Assembly (NCBI GenBank): GCA_013239625.1
Contig: MU054098.1
Coordinates: 2,605,104 to 2,669,103 of the forward strand
Length of the DNA: 64,000 nucleotides
Direction of reading: 5' to 3'
Source of the DNA: Lama guanicoe
Lineage: Eukaryota
Shown here: piece by piece, positions 39,620 to 53,800 of the stretch
Numbering within the stretch: position 1 is the first letter of the stretch
How the letters are laid out: every line of letters begins with the position of its first letter
Program-made: the position numbers and the translations under genes
Notes under the pieces: generated by a model
Told to the model about the DNA's origin: nothing
The model's input: the letters and a program-made list of their open reading frames with translations, nothing else
Databases searched by the model: none

Positions 39620-39785
39620 GTCCTTGCTGCTCAAATTGTGGTCCCCAAACCAGCAACGTCAGTATCACCTGGAAACTTGTTATACATGCAGAATCTCCAG
39701 TCTCACCCTGGGTCAACGGAATCAGAATCTGCATTTTTACATGATCCCCAGGTGATTCACATGTATGTTAAAATCTGAGATGTAC
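39620..39785. mobile_element. MER5A-like hAT MITE
   Basis: CTCAAATTGTGGTCCCCAAACCAGCAACGTCAGTATCACCTGGAAACTTGTTA...ATCAGAATCTGCATTTT. Confidence 0.75.
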
Positions 39786-40375
39786 TAACTTAGACTGCAG
39801 CCATGCCATGTACTTCTTTCCACATTTCAAGGCTAAAGAAACATCTAGGTCATCAGTCAGAATTCCATGAAATCCACACACACAGCAGAAAAAGGAGAAA
39901 AGAGGATTCTAAATTATTCTGGGCCTCATTGCCTAGCTTCAGTTCTAACATCCAGTAATTTGGACCACAGCCAGCTTGCTCACCTCAAAACTCATTGAGA
40001 ACTTTTCCCTCTAGCACATAGTAGAAACTAAGGACTTTGGGATAATATTGACTTAATTAACTTGTTTAAATTACCCTTACTCTAAAATGGAAAGAGGGTT
40101 GAATCAGGCTCCCTAAATTACAACAGTATTCCAGTAACTATAGTAACAGTGTTAAAAGTGAGCAGTATCCAGAAAAATATAACCTATAGGCATCTTTAGG
40201 TAAAGCCTATCAGGTTTGGTGAGTTCAAGACAAGGAGGTGAGATAGAAAGAAAGAAGTGATTACTGTCTCTAGGGGCTTCACCCCTCCGAGTCCAATTCA
40301 TTTATTGATTTCATCTTTCTTCCTTGTGGGGGGGGGTCTTACTATGATGACTATTCTGACCCTGGGAAGAAATAA

Positions 40376-40564
<189 letters not shown>

Positions 40565-40726
40565 TAAATAATGATTTTGATTACATTAAGCTTTAGCACT
40601 GGGAGCATGAAGAGTTTAGGGGAAAAGTGCTAATGACCATCGAATCCATGTGGGAAAGAATAAACAGACGTTCTTTCAATGGTTTGTAAGCAGAGTCCAC
40701 TTAACCAAAGAAAGTGAAGAATGGAA

Positions 40727-40830
40727 GGGAGAGGATATAGCTCTGTGGTAGAGTGCAGTGCTTAGCATGCATGAGGTCCTGGGTTCAATCCCCAATATCT
40801 CTATTTAAATAAAAAGTGAAAAAAAATTTT
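40727..40830 (+). mobile_element. tRNA-derived SINE (Vic-1 type), short form
   Basis: GAGGATATAGCTCTGTGGTAGAGTGC...GTCCTGGGTTCAATCCCCA, A-rich tail, imperfect AAAGTG..AATGGA flanks. Confidence 0.8.
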
Positions 40831-43800
40831 AAAGTGGAAAATGGAGCAATTTGCAAATGAGTTTTTAGCTTTTAAAACTCTGAGAGTAAAAGGGTCTTCA
40901 AGCCACCCACACATCCAGTCAGTGTTTAAATCCTCCCTACAATATCCTTGCCAAGAAGATGGCCCACTGATGCTTGCATAGAGCAGAGACAGGAAATTCA
41001 CTGAATTTCTAAAACTCTCCCAACTCATGTCACTTCATTAAAAAGTGCTACTTTGTATTTTTCTAATATTATTCTCCCTGTGACACATCCATTAGTAATT
41101 CTTCTTCCCTGTGGGGTCAAACAGAACAAGGCTGTTCCTTCTCCATAAAGTGCTTCTGATATGAAGTCATCTCTCACTAACCCACTGAGTTGTCTCTTTT
41201 CAAAACTGAATATTCACACTTCCCTCAAGTGTTCTTTATGTGACAGGTAACAGAACCCTGGAAACTTCACTGCAGAAGACATAGATCTTTAATTGTCTCT
41301 TCCTCCCTCATCACTTCCACAACCAGGATGGTCATCAAGCTGTTATGAATCCAGCTTTTTGACTATCACCCAACCTATGTCTCTCTACCAATCTAAATAA
41401 TACACACACACACACACACACACACACACCACCTTGATGCTTTTCCTACATAATGTATAGCCTGAATTATCCTGAAAAGTAACTTTATGTCCAATACTTC
41501 ACACTGGGTAGTCACATAGTCATAAGCTCCTGGGTCAGGTTTGCTGCTCATCAGGTCATGGAATGGCTGTGCCCCTTTTACCCTGAATTGAACTCCTCCA
41601 GCATGAGGAAAGGCTGACAATTCAGTCTCCAAGACTGTCTAGTCAGTCATGCTTTTTGGCACTAAATCCCACATTAAGGAGTTTTAGAAATGGGAATATG
41701 GCTGTCCCCCAACTTGCCAACAATTTGGTTTCTTTTTATATCCCTGATATGCACATTGCATGAATTTTAAGACCTTGGCAGTTAGTTATATGGAGCACGA
41801 ATACTGGATGCAGTCATGAAACATTTTTGAAAGAAGCCTGAGAGTATGCTTATACTTGTGGTGATCGTTTAACACATACTTACAACTTCCTTACAAGAAA
41901 AAGCTGGTAAGGAAAATGTTTGAAACTCTGGTTAATGTGCCTGGATGAAATCCATGTCATCCTGGCACTCTGCTGACTAATACTGTTTGCCTTTAAAAAA
42001 AAAAGTTATTCATTTGGAAGTGATATTTATATACTGGAGTGATAATAAATTATCATTCTAGAAATTGGTGGGTTTTGCTTAAACAGGAAAGTTTAGAATA
42101 AATGATCAGATTAATCCTTGGGGATGTGAAAATGTGTCAACAGATGCCCAACATTAGTTAATCACATAACCTGCCCAACTTCACTGGCAAGGCTTCCAAG
42201 GACTAGACACTTCCCCCTACAGAATGTAAGGATAAATCAGCTCTAGTAAGCTGAGTAAATGCCCTTCAACTGACAAACACTTAACTCAAAAAAGACATTT
42301 GCCAAGAAGTCCTTCTCAAAAAAGGGGGGGGGAATTTACAAAACTGCTGCACGCAGACTAGACTTGCAATGAGAAATTGTCACTAGGCAGTTTGGTTCAC
42401 TTCTCCCCAGAGGCACGCCAGTCTGAAATGAACTCCTCCAAGTAGGCTCAGCCAACCTCTATGAGGTAAAGACACAGAGCTGGCCCCCAGGCCCCTTGAA
42501 AAATTTTGGATCACCATTGTACTTAGGCAAGACAGAGGCATGTGGCATAAGCTGGCCTTAAGAAGATCTTTTATTAGTGAAAAACTAGTCAACAGTGTAT
42601 ATTCTCCACTTTACGTGACCTATAACAACAGGAAGGAAAAGGCACACATCAAAAGGAACAAACGCTCATAAGATTGGCCCTCAGTACCCCCAGGATAACC
42701 CCACAAATGGAGAATAATTGTCCTTTTGTCTTCTAGGATAGCGCCACCTAGATTTACCCCACCACCACCTTACTCCATATGTACAGATTAAATCTGAAGT
42801 TTGATCCCCACTAAGCTGCGGTCCTTTCTTCAGCCAGTACTAGGATGAAGACACAACCCACCCCAACGTTATTACTATTGAGTCCCCACCTTTGGCCAAC
42901 CCTCTTCAGATGTTGCTTTCGAGTTGCCAGAATGCAATTCACTCCTCTTTGAAAGGCATGAAGGCCAATTTTCAAGCTGCATTCCAGCTCAAAAAATATA
43001 AGAAAAATCACCTGCCTCCCAATATCACTAACTCAAGAATCAGGAGACCTAAATTTAATCCCTGTTCTGACATTTATGAGCTAGATTACCATAAGCCATC
43101 CTTCTACTTCTCTGAGCCTTAGACACTGCCTCTGAAAAATAAGAGTGGCCTAGATCAATGGATTTCAAGCATTTCATTTTTTTCCATGGAACCACATCTT
43201 GAAGTTAAAACTTAGGCAGAATGCAATATATTAAGGAGCTAAAAGAACTGAATTTAGATTGAGGAATGAATCTTCCTGGCCTCCTCCTTGGTTTCCACAG
43301 TGGCCACCAGATACTTCAACTAAATCCTCAGACTTCAAAGAACACAATTTGAAAACCACTTGTGTTCTATCATGGGTCAGCAAATTATGGTCTGCAGGCC
43401 AAATTTGGGCCATTGCCACATCCATTTATATACGTATTGCCTGTTAGTTCTATAAGGAAAGATTTGAGTAGTTGCAACAGGGACCATGTAGCCCACAAAG
43501 CAAAAAATATGTACTCTCTGGCCCTTGACATAAAAAGTTTGCTGACCTCTATGCTAAATAAACTCCAAGTTTATTCCCCGCTATCCTATTCTATATTACC
43601 TTTCTCTAAAAATATATATGTAAAGCATAGATTTGCCACAAGAATCATCTTTCACACTTTTGATTTTTCTGTAAATCCAGACTTACCATTCCATGGGCAG
43701 CAGACTTCCCTGTGGTTACAGTTGTGGCTGTGGAGAGAAACCCCTAGATTAAGAGCTATGCATGCTTCAACTAATAATGCCTAGTTTTAAAACATAGGTC

Positions 43801-45435
43801 TGTTTTGTTATCAGCAAAGAGTCTTCATCTCACACAGACCTCAAAACCTGTAAAGGCCTCTCCAACATAAGTGCTGTTGTAACAACTATCATAGAAGTAA
43901 CATTTAATAGAAATATTGCTAAGCTGAATGTTTAGAGATCTGAGTTTTAGTCCAAGCTCTGCCACCAACGTGCTGTTTGATCTTAAGCAACTCACTCTGC
44001 CTCTCTGGATGTCAGTCCCTTCACTTGTTAAAACAGGCATAGCAATAGCCACCCCTCACAACGATGTAGCACATGTTTTCTTTGGAAAGAAAAATGGAGA
44101 GATACAAGATTTGGCCAAGAGTATGTAAAACCAATTGGCCACCTCGAGTCTATCTGAAACAGAAGCACAAATGTGGCAAGTTTTCTCCAAACTCCTCTGA
44201 CAGTGAAGAATATTGGATATACACAAACAATTTTAACACTACCAGTTTCCTCAGTTGTTGGAACCGAAGCACATTTTAGAAATGCTAACAGTATAATCTG
44301 GCCCCTGGTGCAACATTTTCTCAGGAAAGTTGTTTACATTTAGTCCTGAGAAATTGTGATATTTAGATGAGAGCTCAAGGCAATATGCTTCAGACTGAAT
44401 TCCAGGCAAAATCTACTTCTTTCTTGGGGAAGGTAAAAAGCAATTTCTTGTATTTCTATAACATCTCCCCTTATGGAGTACACAGACTTTCACATATGGG
44501 CACATAATCACAAACATGTGCAGGGGTAGGAGTAGATATTATCCTCATTCCATGGTAAAATTGAGAGAGAGAGGCAGTTTTCAGGGACAAAACCCAAATT
44601 GGAGCTCAGGTTTCCCAACGAAGCCCTCTTTCCACAAGGAGACCTCCAGTGTTCCAGGAGATGAAAGTTCAGGACAGACTGAGAAATAGGCAGCCAACCC
44701 CAGAAATACTGGCTCTTTCACTTTGACCCTCTGGTTCTTCATCTGCACTAGAGGGACATTCAGACTTACAGGGCTGTCAAAGGAATAATAAAATACATCC
44801 AGATACCACCATGTGGACAGCCCTAACTTCACTACCTGGAAGGCTGACACGCCATTTGTAATAGTATGGGAGAAAACAGTGTCAGCGAAAAACGCTGAGT
44901 AATGACCCTCTAAGGGTGCTCAATCAGCCCCAAACTGCAGTCAGCAGGGAAGTCAAGGTGAACACAGTACACTGAAGAGGCTGAACCTATCCCTTGACCT
45001 TCAGTAACTACAAGTTGTTGACTATGGTGCTCAGAATGAAATGAGGGATTGGGGTGGGGGGTAAATCGGATTTGAAATCTCATTAGGGAAAAGAGTAATT
45101 TGGCCTCACTACCTTGGGCACACCAGCGGCTCTGTTTCAGTGACACTCCCCAACAATCTGGTAAACTCACAGCTAGAAAATGTCTGTTGATAAACCACAG
45201 GTGGTTGCTCCAGATGATTGCTCCGAAATTCATTTTTCTACATATACATGCTGAATATATATTTGGGTGGGAGTGGGAAGAAGAGATTTATTAGCATTAT
45301 GTATTGATAGGGTGAGAAAAAAAGACATAGTGCCAATCACGGGGACAGGGTCCTCTTGTATAAATGAGTGCTTGATGCCTGTTCTAGTGGCTTTATTTGG
45401 GTGCAAAAGGGAGGAAAGAGGGGAAAGTTTTCTAA

Positions 45436-45804
<369 letters not shown>

Positions 45805-46049
45805 TAAGACTCCCCCCTCTCCTCTTCTGCCTTTTGCCCGCTTTCTCCTTCTTTGTCCTATTTTCAGCCCACAGCTTTGTCACTGCCCCTTGACAATGCA
45901 TGCAGAGCTCACTTATAGATCAACCCTTGCTACATGTGACTAGGAGAGGAAGTAGAGATAGGTGAGGGAGGAAAGAGACAAATACAAATGGCCTCCCGGG
46001 AACTTATCTAAAGAGTTAGTTCTAAACGATTTTGATAACATCTCACATT

Positions 46050-47530
46050 TTTAATGGAATTAATGGGAAGGGGGCAAATAATTCCTCATTTGAAAAAGTT
46101 TACCCTGAAAAGAGGGGCTGTCTGTCTCCCGCTATGAATGCCAAGTAGAGCACCACAGATGAAGCAGCTGATGCTTGTATACAAGCCATGTAGGACTGGC
46201 TCTGTGATGACTAGGAAGTTCACTCACTGAATATGCCTATTACCCACATCATGGTAAATGTTGTGGTTAAAGGGCCCCTTTCACATGGGTACTCCATATA
46301 ACCTCACTGCTATAAAATCTAGGGACAGTTCCAGAAGCCTCAGCCAATTGACTGTCTCAGCTTTCCCTTTGGGATCTCACAGATGCTAATAAAAAACATT
46401 AGGTTAATTAACAAGGGAATGGGGAGAGGCAGAAAGGTAGAAAATTTTAAACAGCTTTTAAGAAATAAAATGAATAAAGCAAATATTGATAGGAGTGAAA
46501 CAAAGAGGAAACTGAAAGGAAAGAGTCACGGGACTCTTTCCAGCAGGGTGGAATGCTTTAGATGGTTATTAAGAAACAGGATGAATAAAATGGACATTGA
46601 TGGGGTTAAAACGAAGGTTTTAATATAGCACTACCAAAGGTTGGGTGGGATAAAGGGATTCTGTGCTGATCCCCCAATGTTAAAGGGCTGCAAACAAGTT
46701 CATTCCATTTATCCCAGTTTGGAGGAATTTAGAAAGCAGGAAGGCAGAGATTATAACCAGAAACCTGTCCAGCAATCGATTGTAGCAATGGCTAGGCAAA
46801 TTCATCAAGTTAAAGAGTAACAAAATGGCCAGGGTCCCTTGGCTCCACCCCTGGCTGGGGACCCGAAGTTTTTTGCACAGAAGTAGTTAAAATGATGAGA
46901 AGGTGGAAAAGAGAAGTTTCTTGTGTATCAAGGAACTGTGGTACCAGAACCCATGGGTAAAGCCCTGACTCAGGCTGCAATGAGATTGAGAGAAAAAATA
47001 TCAGCGTTGATAAGACTGAAAGTTGGAATGCTGGAGCAGGCTTTATGTAAAAACGTTGTGTCTTTTTTACCTGGCTGTTTAATGGAAATGGATACACGGC
47101 CTGTCTGGGGAATCCTTCTCCTACCTAGTGTTATAAAATCAAAACCTGTTGATAAAGTCCTAGTAGAGACTACAGGCAAGAACATTAAGAGTTGATGGAA
47201 TCAAGGTCAAAGTCGGCAGGAGAGCTGGTATGTTTGAACGGGCTTTATCTGAAGTGGTTATGCCTCCTTGACCGGATTGCGTTGTGGGATTAGGCCTTGG
47301 GTACGTGTCCCCGACCTAGCATGTAAAACAGAAGTCATGTAAGTCTGCCCTTCAAGCAGTGTTCACTGGACGTGCTAAATGGGAACAGTAAGACTGCCTG
47401 AGCGCACACAGTGAGGAACAGAAGCAGGAGTGCAGATAGGGGCAAATTCTCCGTACCATAGCCTCATGTGAAGTGTAGCCTGGGGCTGATAGCAAAAGCT
47501 TGTGAGGGCCTCCCAGGGATGACTGCGCCC
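46050..47530 (+). mobile_element. Class III LTR element internal remnant (ERVL/MaLR-type gag and protease)
   Basis: Decayed gag-like STTDEAAD..QAM*DWLCDD..SLNMPITHIMVNVVVKG and RVECFRWLLRNRMNKMDIDGVKTKVL. Protease-like LKVGMLEQALCKNVVSFLPGCLMEMD, followed by GRAKWE. Confidence 0.75.
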
Positions 47531-50399
47531 CCTTTCACAGGAGAAAGCTAGAGAGGGGACAGGCTAAAAGTTAGATTAGAGTCAGCTCAACTTCTGGGAT
47601 TCATTTAAAGTGTCAGTTGGGCCAAAAGGCACCAAACAGTGACTGGAAATGCCTCCCATCCCCGCTTGGGACACAGGAGACAGCTCATGACTCTGTCCAT
47701 GAGTCCACTGCCTCTGGACACATGGAACTCCTGTGCCTTTTCTTTATAAACTCAACAACCACTTCTTTAGGGCCTTCAAGCCTCTAGAATGATATTTCTT
47801 TTCCGGCAAATCACTGTTAGGGGCAGCAGGCAAGAGAAAGAAAACAAGCACGTGTCAGCAAGTATGTTAGGTCCCAGGAGCATTCCTGAGCTTGCTTTGG
47901 ACTCAGTGTCCTCTACCTTGTCCATCTCCAGCCTCTGCTCCAGAGAGTGCCAGTCATATGGAAATCACAGCAATGGCCCCAAGGTCGTGTGAGATTCTCA
48001 GTCATTACCTTAAGATACATTTTTCCCCTTTAACTCTATGAACTAAGGCAGTTCAATGGACCCAGACATTCTAGAACTGTGTTAAATAACAAAGGTCAGG
48101 AAAAAGGGGGCTCTGCTTGACCCCAATAGAGAGGGGGAAAAACAATGCTATGTAGCCTACCCTCATTATGTGCCTGTAACAGCATTTCCTAAAATAGATT
48201 ACAAATAACCACAGTTCACAGGGATGTTAATAGACATGAAAATAAAATCTATGAAGAATGAGTTTTGGAACTTCTAAAACAAATTTAAGAAGGTTTCTTC
48301 ACTGCAGGACTTCTCAGACATTTTCTATCGTGACTCTACAACACAGGGAGAGGTTTTCCCAAGTGTATTGGCCAGGATGATGTTCTGGTGAACCAAGTTT
48401 GAAAAATGTTGGCTTGCTCCGTCATCCATGTTGCAGCCCCCATCCCCTCCACGAGGTTACACTCTGAGCCTCTCCTCCGAGAACCTGGGGCAAAATCTTG
48501 GATGGGGGAAACCAGACTCATGTGAAAAGAGAGGCCAAAATGGGTTGACAAAGAGATGGTATTCTTTTGGTTAAGCCAACTAGAAATGTACAAGGAACTG
48601 CGTCCTCTCCTGCGTTACGCTAGAGACAGAACTCACATCAGCCTATTTTCAATATAAAGAACAATTTTGTAGTGGCTTGAGAGCTAGGAGACTGTGTTTG
48701 TTCCCTTCAAAGCATTTGACAGAACTGAACACCTGAATGCAAGGTGCCTTCCAGGAAGCCAGGTCCCTGCCAATTAGCCTTTCATGTGAACTCTGCTGAG
48801 GAAGTTTCTGAAATGCCTCCTTGTAAGTTTGTAGTGATTATTCACAGCCCTTTTGCCAACTGACATTTTGCTCCCATCACTTGCCCAGCAGGGACAATTG
48901 ACAAGAATGGGCACCTGTCATACACGAAATGATATCTTGGGGTGTCAGGTATGAAGAAGCATCATCATACTGTGGCCAAATCAGCAATAATGTTACCTCA
49001 GCTTCCCTTCTAGCTGTTGGTTTTTTTCCCTCCATAGAGGTCTGACTCAGATTTACATTTTCTTTTAAATGCCTCAACCCAGGCATTTATACATACCTGC
49101 TAAAATACATGCTACTTAGAATATCAGAAAGACTCAGCTTTTAGAGATGGGGAAGCAGGAGCTAGTTAACAGACCTGACGTAAACCATAGCATATGTTCA
49201 TTGTCACCCTTTTCCTTCTGATTCTCCAGAGAGGTCATTGCTACTATTCAGCTTAAAAAAGAAAAAAAAATTTTCTGGGCACATAATTCAAGGGGACCTC
49301 GTTGTCTTTGCTGACAACTACATGACAGTACTATTGGGGATTCCATACTGGGAGTACCTGCCCTTCATCAGACGCTGTCGAGAGCAGCAGTTGGGAAGGC
49401 AACCTTCTGCAGGCATGGGACTTGTAAGACAGAAAGGGTGCAAGTGGCAAGAAGCTACCTTGCTGGTCCTACTTCACCTGCTGAGGTCCCGACCCTCAAC
49501 TCCAGATGCCTCCTGAACACACCCGGCTGTGCCACGGGCCTCTCAAACACAATGTCCACAACTAAATTCCTTATCTCTAGATCCCTGCCCCAAATCAGTT
49601 CCCATTTTAATTCTTCATCTCATTAAATGACACCAGGCAGATTCTCTGGAGTCACCTAGGACTCTTCCCTCCTTCCTCAGGCAACACATCCTTTCTCTCA
49701 CTCAGCCCTGTAAGTTCTACTTCCTAAATATCTCTTAAATCCACCCTCTATACACACTCACTACTGTTTTGGTTCAGGCCTAAATTCTCTCTCCAAAAGC
49801 TGCTGCACACTTAACTGGTCTGCCTGGCTTCCAGTTCTGTTTCCCCCCACAATTTCCCACATGCCACACAGAGGTGTCCACATACCAGTCTTATCCTGTC
49901 GCCCTCTGGCCTCATGCCTGACTAGTATCTGTATCCTCTCCAGGGTAAAATTCATCTCTTTCCTCTAGCACATGGGGCCTTGGGAATCTGGACCCTTCCT
50001 CTCCATCCTCTCACTCCTCCCCTCCGTAGTCAATGTCTTGCTCTTCCCAACTACGGGAGGGCATCTCGGCCCTACAGGCCTTTGTACATCACACGCCATT
50101 CCCTTTGCCTGGAATGCTCAACCGCCCCTGGTGGCCTGGACAACTCTCACCTGTCCTTCTCACCTGCTTTTTTAATTTAGCCTTTTCTTTACCCACTCCA
50201 ACCCCACTCTCTGTTCCAGGCTTTTTCTGTGTTTCCCATAGCATCCTTCTCCATTACAACAGATAACCTGTAATAATAATAGTGATAATAATGTAATAGA
50301 TAATATATTTTAGTCATTTGTTGTCTCTCTCACCCACTAGACTGAGACTCCTCAACCTGAGTAAGCCTTGCTCCTACCGTAGAGGGGTCTTAGACACCT

Positions 50400-50830
50400 T
50401 TATGCGTTCAACATGCCCTTTGAACAACTGAGTGAGTTAAAGGATGAAGCCTGGGAGCAATTCTGTCTTTAATTCTAGAAGATTCACTTTTGCTTTTGCT
50501 TTTGCTTTTGCTTTTGCTTTCCTCGCATGGTTGAATTATCTGACCAGCTCTGTCACTCTGCTGATCCACTTTGAACTTGCTGTCAGCAAAGACCCTTGGC
50601 CTTTCTCCTACCTCCCTCCTCCTGTACTTGGGCACTTGCCAGAGAGCAAAGCTCTGCATTGATCCCTATTACACTTCATCTGTTTAGTTCCAGTCCCTTG
50701 CTCCAGGCTGTTGACATCTTTCTGAATCTTGATTCTGTCATCCAATCTATTAGCTGTCCCTCCCTGTCTTGTGTGATCTGAAGATCTAAGAAGCTTGCCA
50801 CCTACTCTCATCCAAAGCATTGATGAAACT
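50400..50830 (-). mobile_element. Ancient CR1/L3 LINE fragment (further fragments likely to about 53300)
   Basis: TCACTCTGCTGATCCACTTTGAACTTGCTGTCAGCAAAGACCC resembles the reverse complement of L3/CR1 ORF2. Confidence 0.55.
50487..50520. repeat. (CTTTTG)5+ hexanucleotide microsatellite
   Basis: Direct reading of the sequence. Confidence 0.95.
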
Positions 50831-53800
50831 CTCATTCAGGCTTAGTATTCCCTGGATGGACTTTTGGGCGCCTATTAAAATGATATTTATGAAGACTCTA
50901 TACATACACAAAATGTGTGATTTTTAAAAACACAAAAATTATATATACTATGATTGCAACTGTGTACAACTAGATACGAGAATGAATGACAATCTATAAA
51001 GACAAAAAAAATGTAAAACAACACAAGGCTATATGTAGGTGGAAGGTTAATAATTCTCATAAAAATAACATATTTGCTGAGTGCTGAGTCCAGATACTAT
51101 TACAAAATGAGCTTTACATGAATTAACTCATTTAATCCTCACAATCATGCTATGAGGTAAGCACTATTATTATTATTATCCATTTTACAGATGGAGAAAT
51201 TAGGGTACAAAGCAGTTAAGCAGGCTGCTCCCAGTCACATAGACAGTAGTGGCAGAGTCAGGATTTCAATCCAGGCATACAAGTTCCAGCCTGTGGTTTT
51301 ATCCAGGAGTACAGGTGTAAGGCAGATTGTATAAAGTTACGTAAAATGAGTTGTGTAAAGTTGCAACAATCATAAATACATGTAGAGCTAAATAGAATAA
51401 AGCCATGACCTAGCAGGTCACTTGGGATCTCCTTGTAGACCATCATCATTCATTTGTGCCTATTCTTACTTAATCAGTGGCGATTTCTCTACCCAACATT
51501 CAGCCCATATTTTCCCATCTTATTTATGTGGATACAAACTCAGTCCCCATCAAAGGCTCTTCTTTTTGTTCTGACCAGTTTTTAATATCCTCATTGAGTA
51601 TCTTCAGCTTTTTCCCCCAGTTTCAGTTCATAGCCTTCCTCCTTATTTACGTGCTTCTGTAATCTTCTACAGATTTAGTCAATATTTATTTGGCAAGTCC
51701 TATGTGCCAGGCAATGAGGATACTGAGTAATGGCATCCTTATACTCAAGAAGCTCATAGTCTAAGGGAGAACACACATAAACAATTAGAGTAGCTGCCAT
51801 TTTTAATGCTTACTGTATGCCAATTACTGTGCGAGGGTGTTGCACACAATGCTTTATGTGATAGAAAAAGGTGGTAAGCGTTGGGACTCCAGAGTCAGAA
51901 GAGCTGGGTGCAAATCCTACCTCTGCCACTTTCTGCCTGTGTGACCACTCTGTGTCTCCGTTTCTCATTTGAAAAAAAAAATAGAAGAATAATAGTAGCT
52001 ACTTTATAGGGTTATTTTGAGAATCAAATATTACAATGCATGCAAAGCATGTAGCACAGTGCCTGGCACACACTGAGAGCACAATGAATGTTGGCTATTA
52101 GTATTTATCCTACCAATGACCATTTTAGAGATGAGGAAACTTGAAGTTTAAAGAGGCTATGCAACTTTCCCAAAGTCATATCGTTAATAAGTAAAGTTTG
52201 CTCTCAGCCACTCCCCTCTACTGCTCCTACAGGGTGATATGTGAGGCTGGGGTGCTATGGGAAGACAAAAGAGGAGCATCTAATCCCACCTTGCAGGAAA
52301 GGAGTCAGGGGAGGCTTCTAAAGGTAGGGTTTCAGCTGAGCCTGGCAGGTCAAATAAAAGTTGGGCAGAGAAGACAGGATGGAAATGGAGGCTGGAAGTT
52401 GGCAGTGGGCTGGAAGCATTCCAACCAGACTTCGAAGCTTGTCAAAGGCATGGTGAAATGAGAAATCGCAGGTTCAGGGAACTGCAAAAGGGGTAGAGAT
52501 GACCAAAGAGATGGCCATGCCTTTGCTCCATTTGGGTTATCAGCACAGCTTGAACAATACAGGCTGCCATTACTGCTGTCTCCCAAGGAGCCTTTCTCTT
52601 CCAGTACATCTTCCAGTTCTTCACTGGTAGGAATGAAGTCCAGAGGGATAAATCTTCTTCATATTTCTTTTACCTTTTGAAAGATTAACTTGTCATCTCA
52701 CAGATGAGACTTTCAGCAAGTGTCAAGAAACTATAATTCCTGTCTCTATTCTACTGAGCCCCTCTCGGCTTTGTGATCTATCTATGGATGGCTCCCAACA
52801 CGCATAAATTCCCCCTTACCCAGCTGGTGTGGATTTGTCTTACCAACAATTAATATCAAGTCCTTTTGAATTTTTTATCTTCTTGTGCCTCTTCTTGAAT
52901 GAGCAAGTTCCGTATGTTTGTTTACTCTCCATTAAATAAAAATGGACTGATTATTTTCTCCAAAGTCATCTCCTTTAAAGTCAAAATAATATTCCTTTGG
53001 CATTAGGATTCTGGGGTTTGGTTGACAAGTCTTTCCATTCCTGTGATGATTGTATTATGGACCTGACCACCAAGTAATTGTCCCCCTAGGTAATGGCCCT
53101 TTCCCTGTGAATTCAACTGAATCTAGAAGCCACAGAGCTTCTATAGATGTCTCACCAGAATGTCCTTATCTACCCCAAATGTCAGTGATTCATTTTATCT
53201 GGACATGCCTTTCAACAAGCCAGATTCTCTTAATGGTCAGACCACGTGATGACATTTTGTGTTCCACGCTTAGGGCATTCTCACCATAAACCACCAAAAC
53301 TGCGGAACAATCTTTCCCCCCTTTTTTTTATCTCTTGTACAGTTATACCTTTAGGATCTCCCTGACTAGAATATCACCACAGATGAGGGTAGATTTTAAG
53401 TGCCTGCACTTTCCCTTTTAGGGAAATTTTGTATCAGTCATTGAAACAACTAGTAGTAAACTCTACACTCAAGCAGTAACCATTGCCATTTTAATTGTTA
53501 TGGGGCTGGGGGTGAAAGACTGTAACATCATCCATTCTGGAGAATTAACCAATGAAGTAAGACCCTGCTAACATATTGATGACACACTTGCCCTGGCTTG
53601 TGACCTTGTCATCTGTTCTGCAATCAACAAACGCTTAATGAACGCTTTCTGTATTCAAGGATATTCAAACTTCCAGAGCCCCTAGTGCTTCCGTGCCATT
53701 CCTATTTGCTGCAGCTGCTTTGTGTTTTTCTGAACCATATATCGCCTAGCTTTTGTTATACAGCTGCTGGGCTAGCTGTTTGTGCCATTGCTGGCCTCCT

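Noticed and set aside
39276..39734. 152-aa minus-strand ORF (similarly 43362-43784 and 37289-37663)
   Set aside because: These start in or span MER5A, MER58 or MLT1 repeats and look like chance ORFs.
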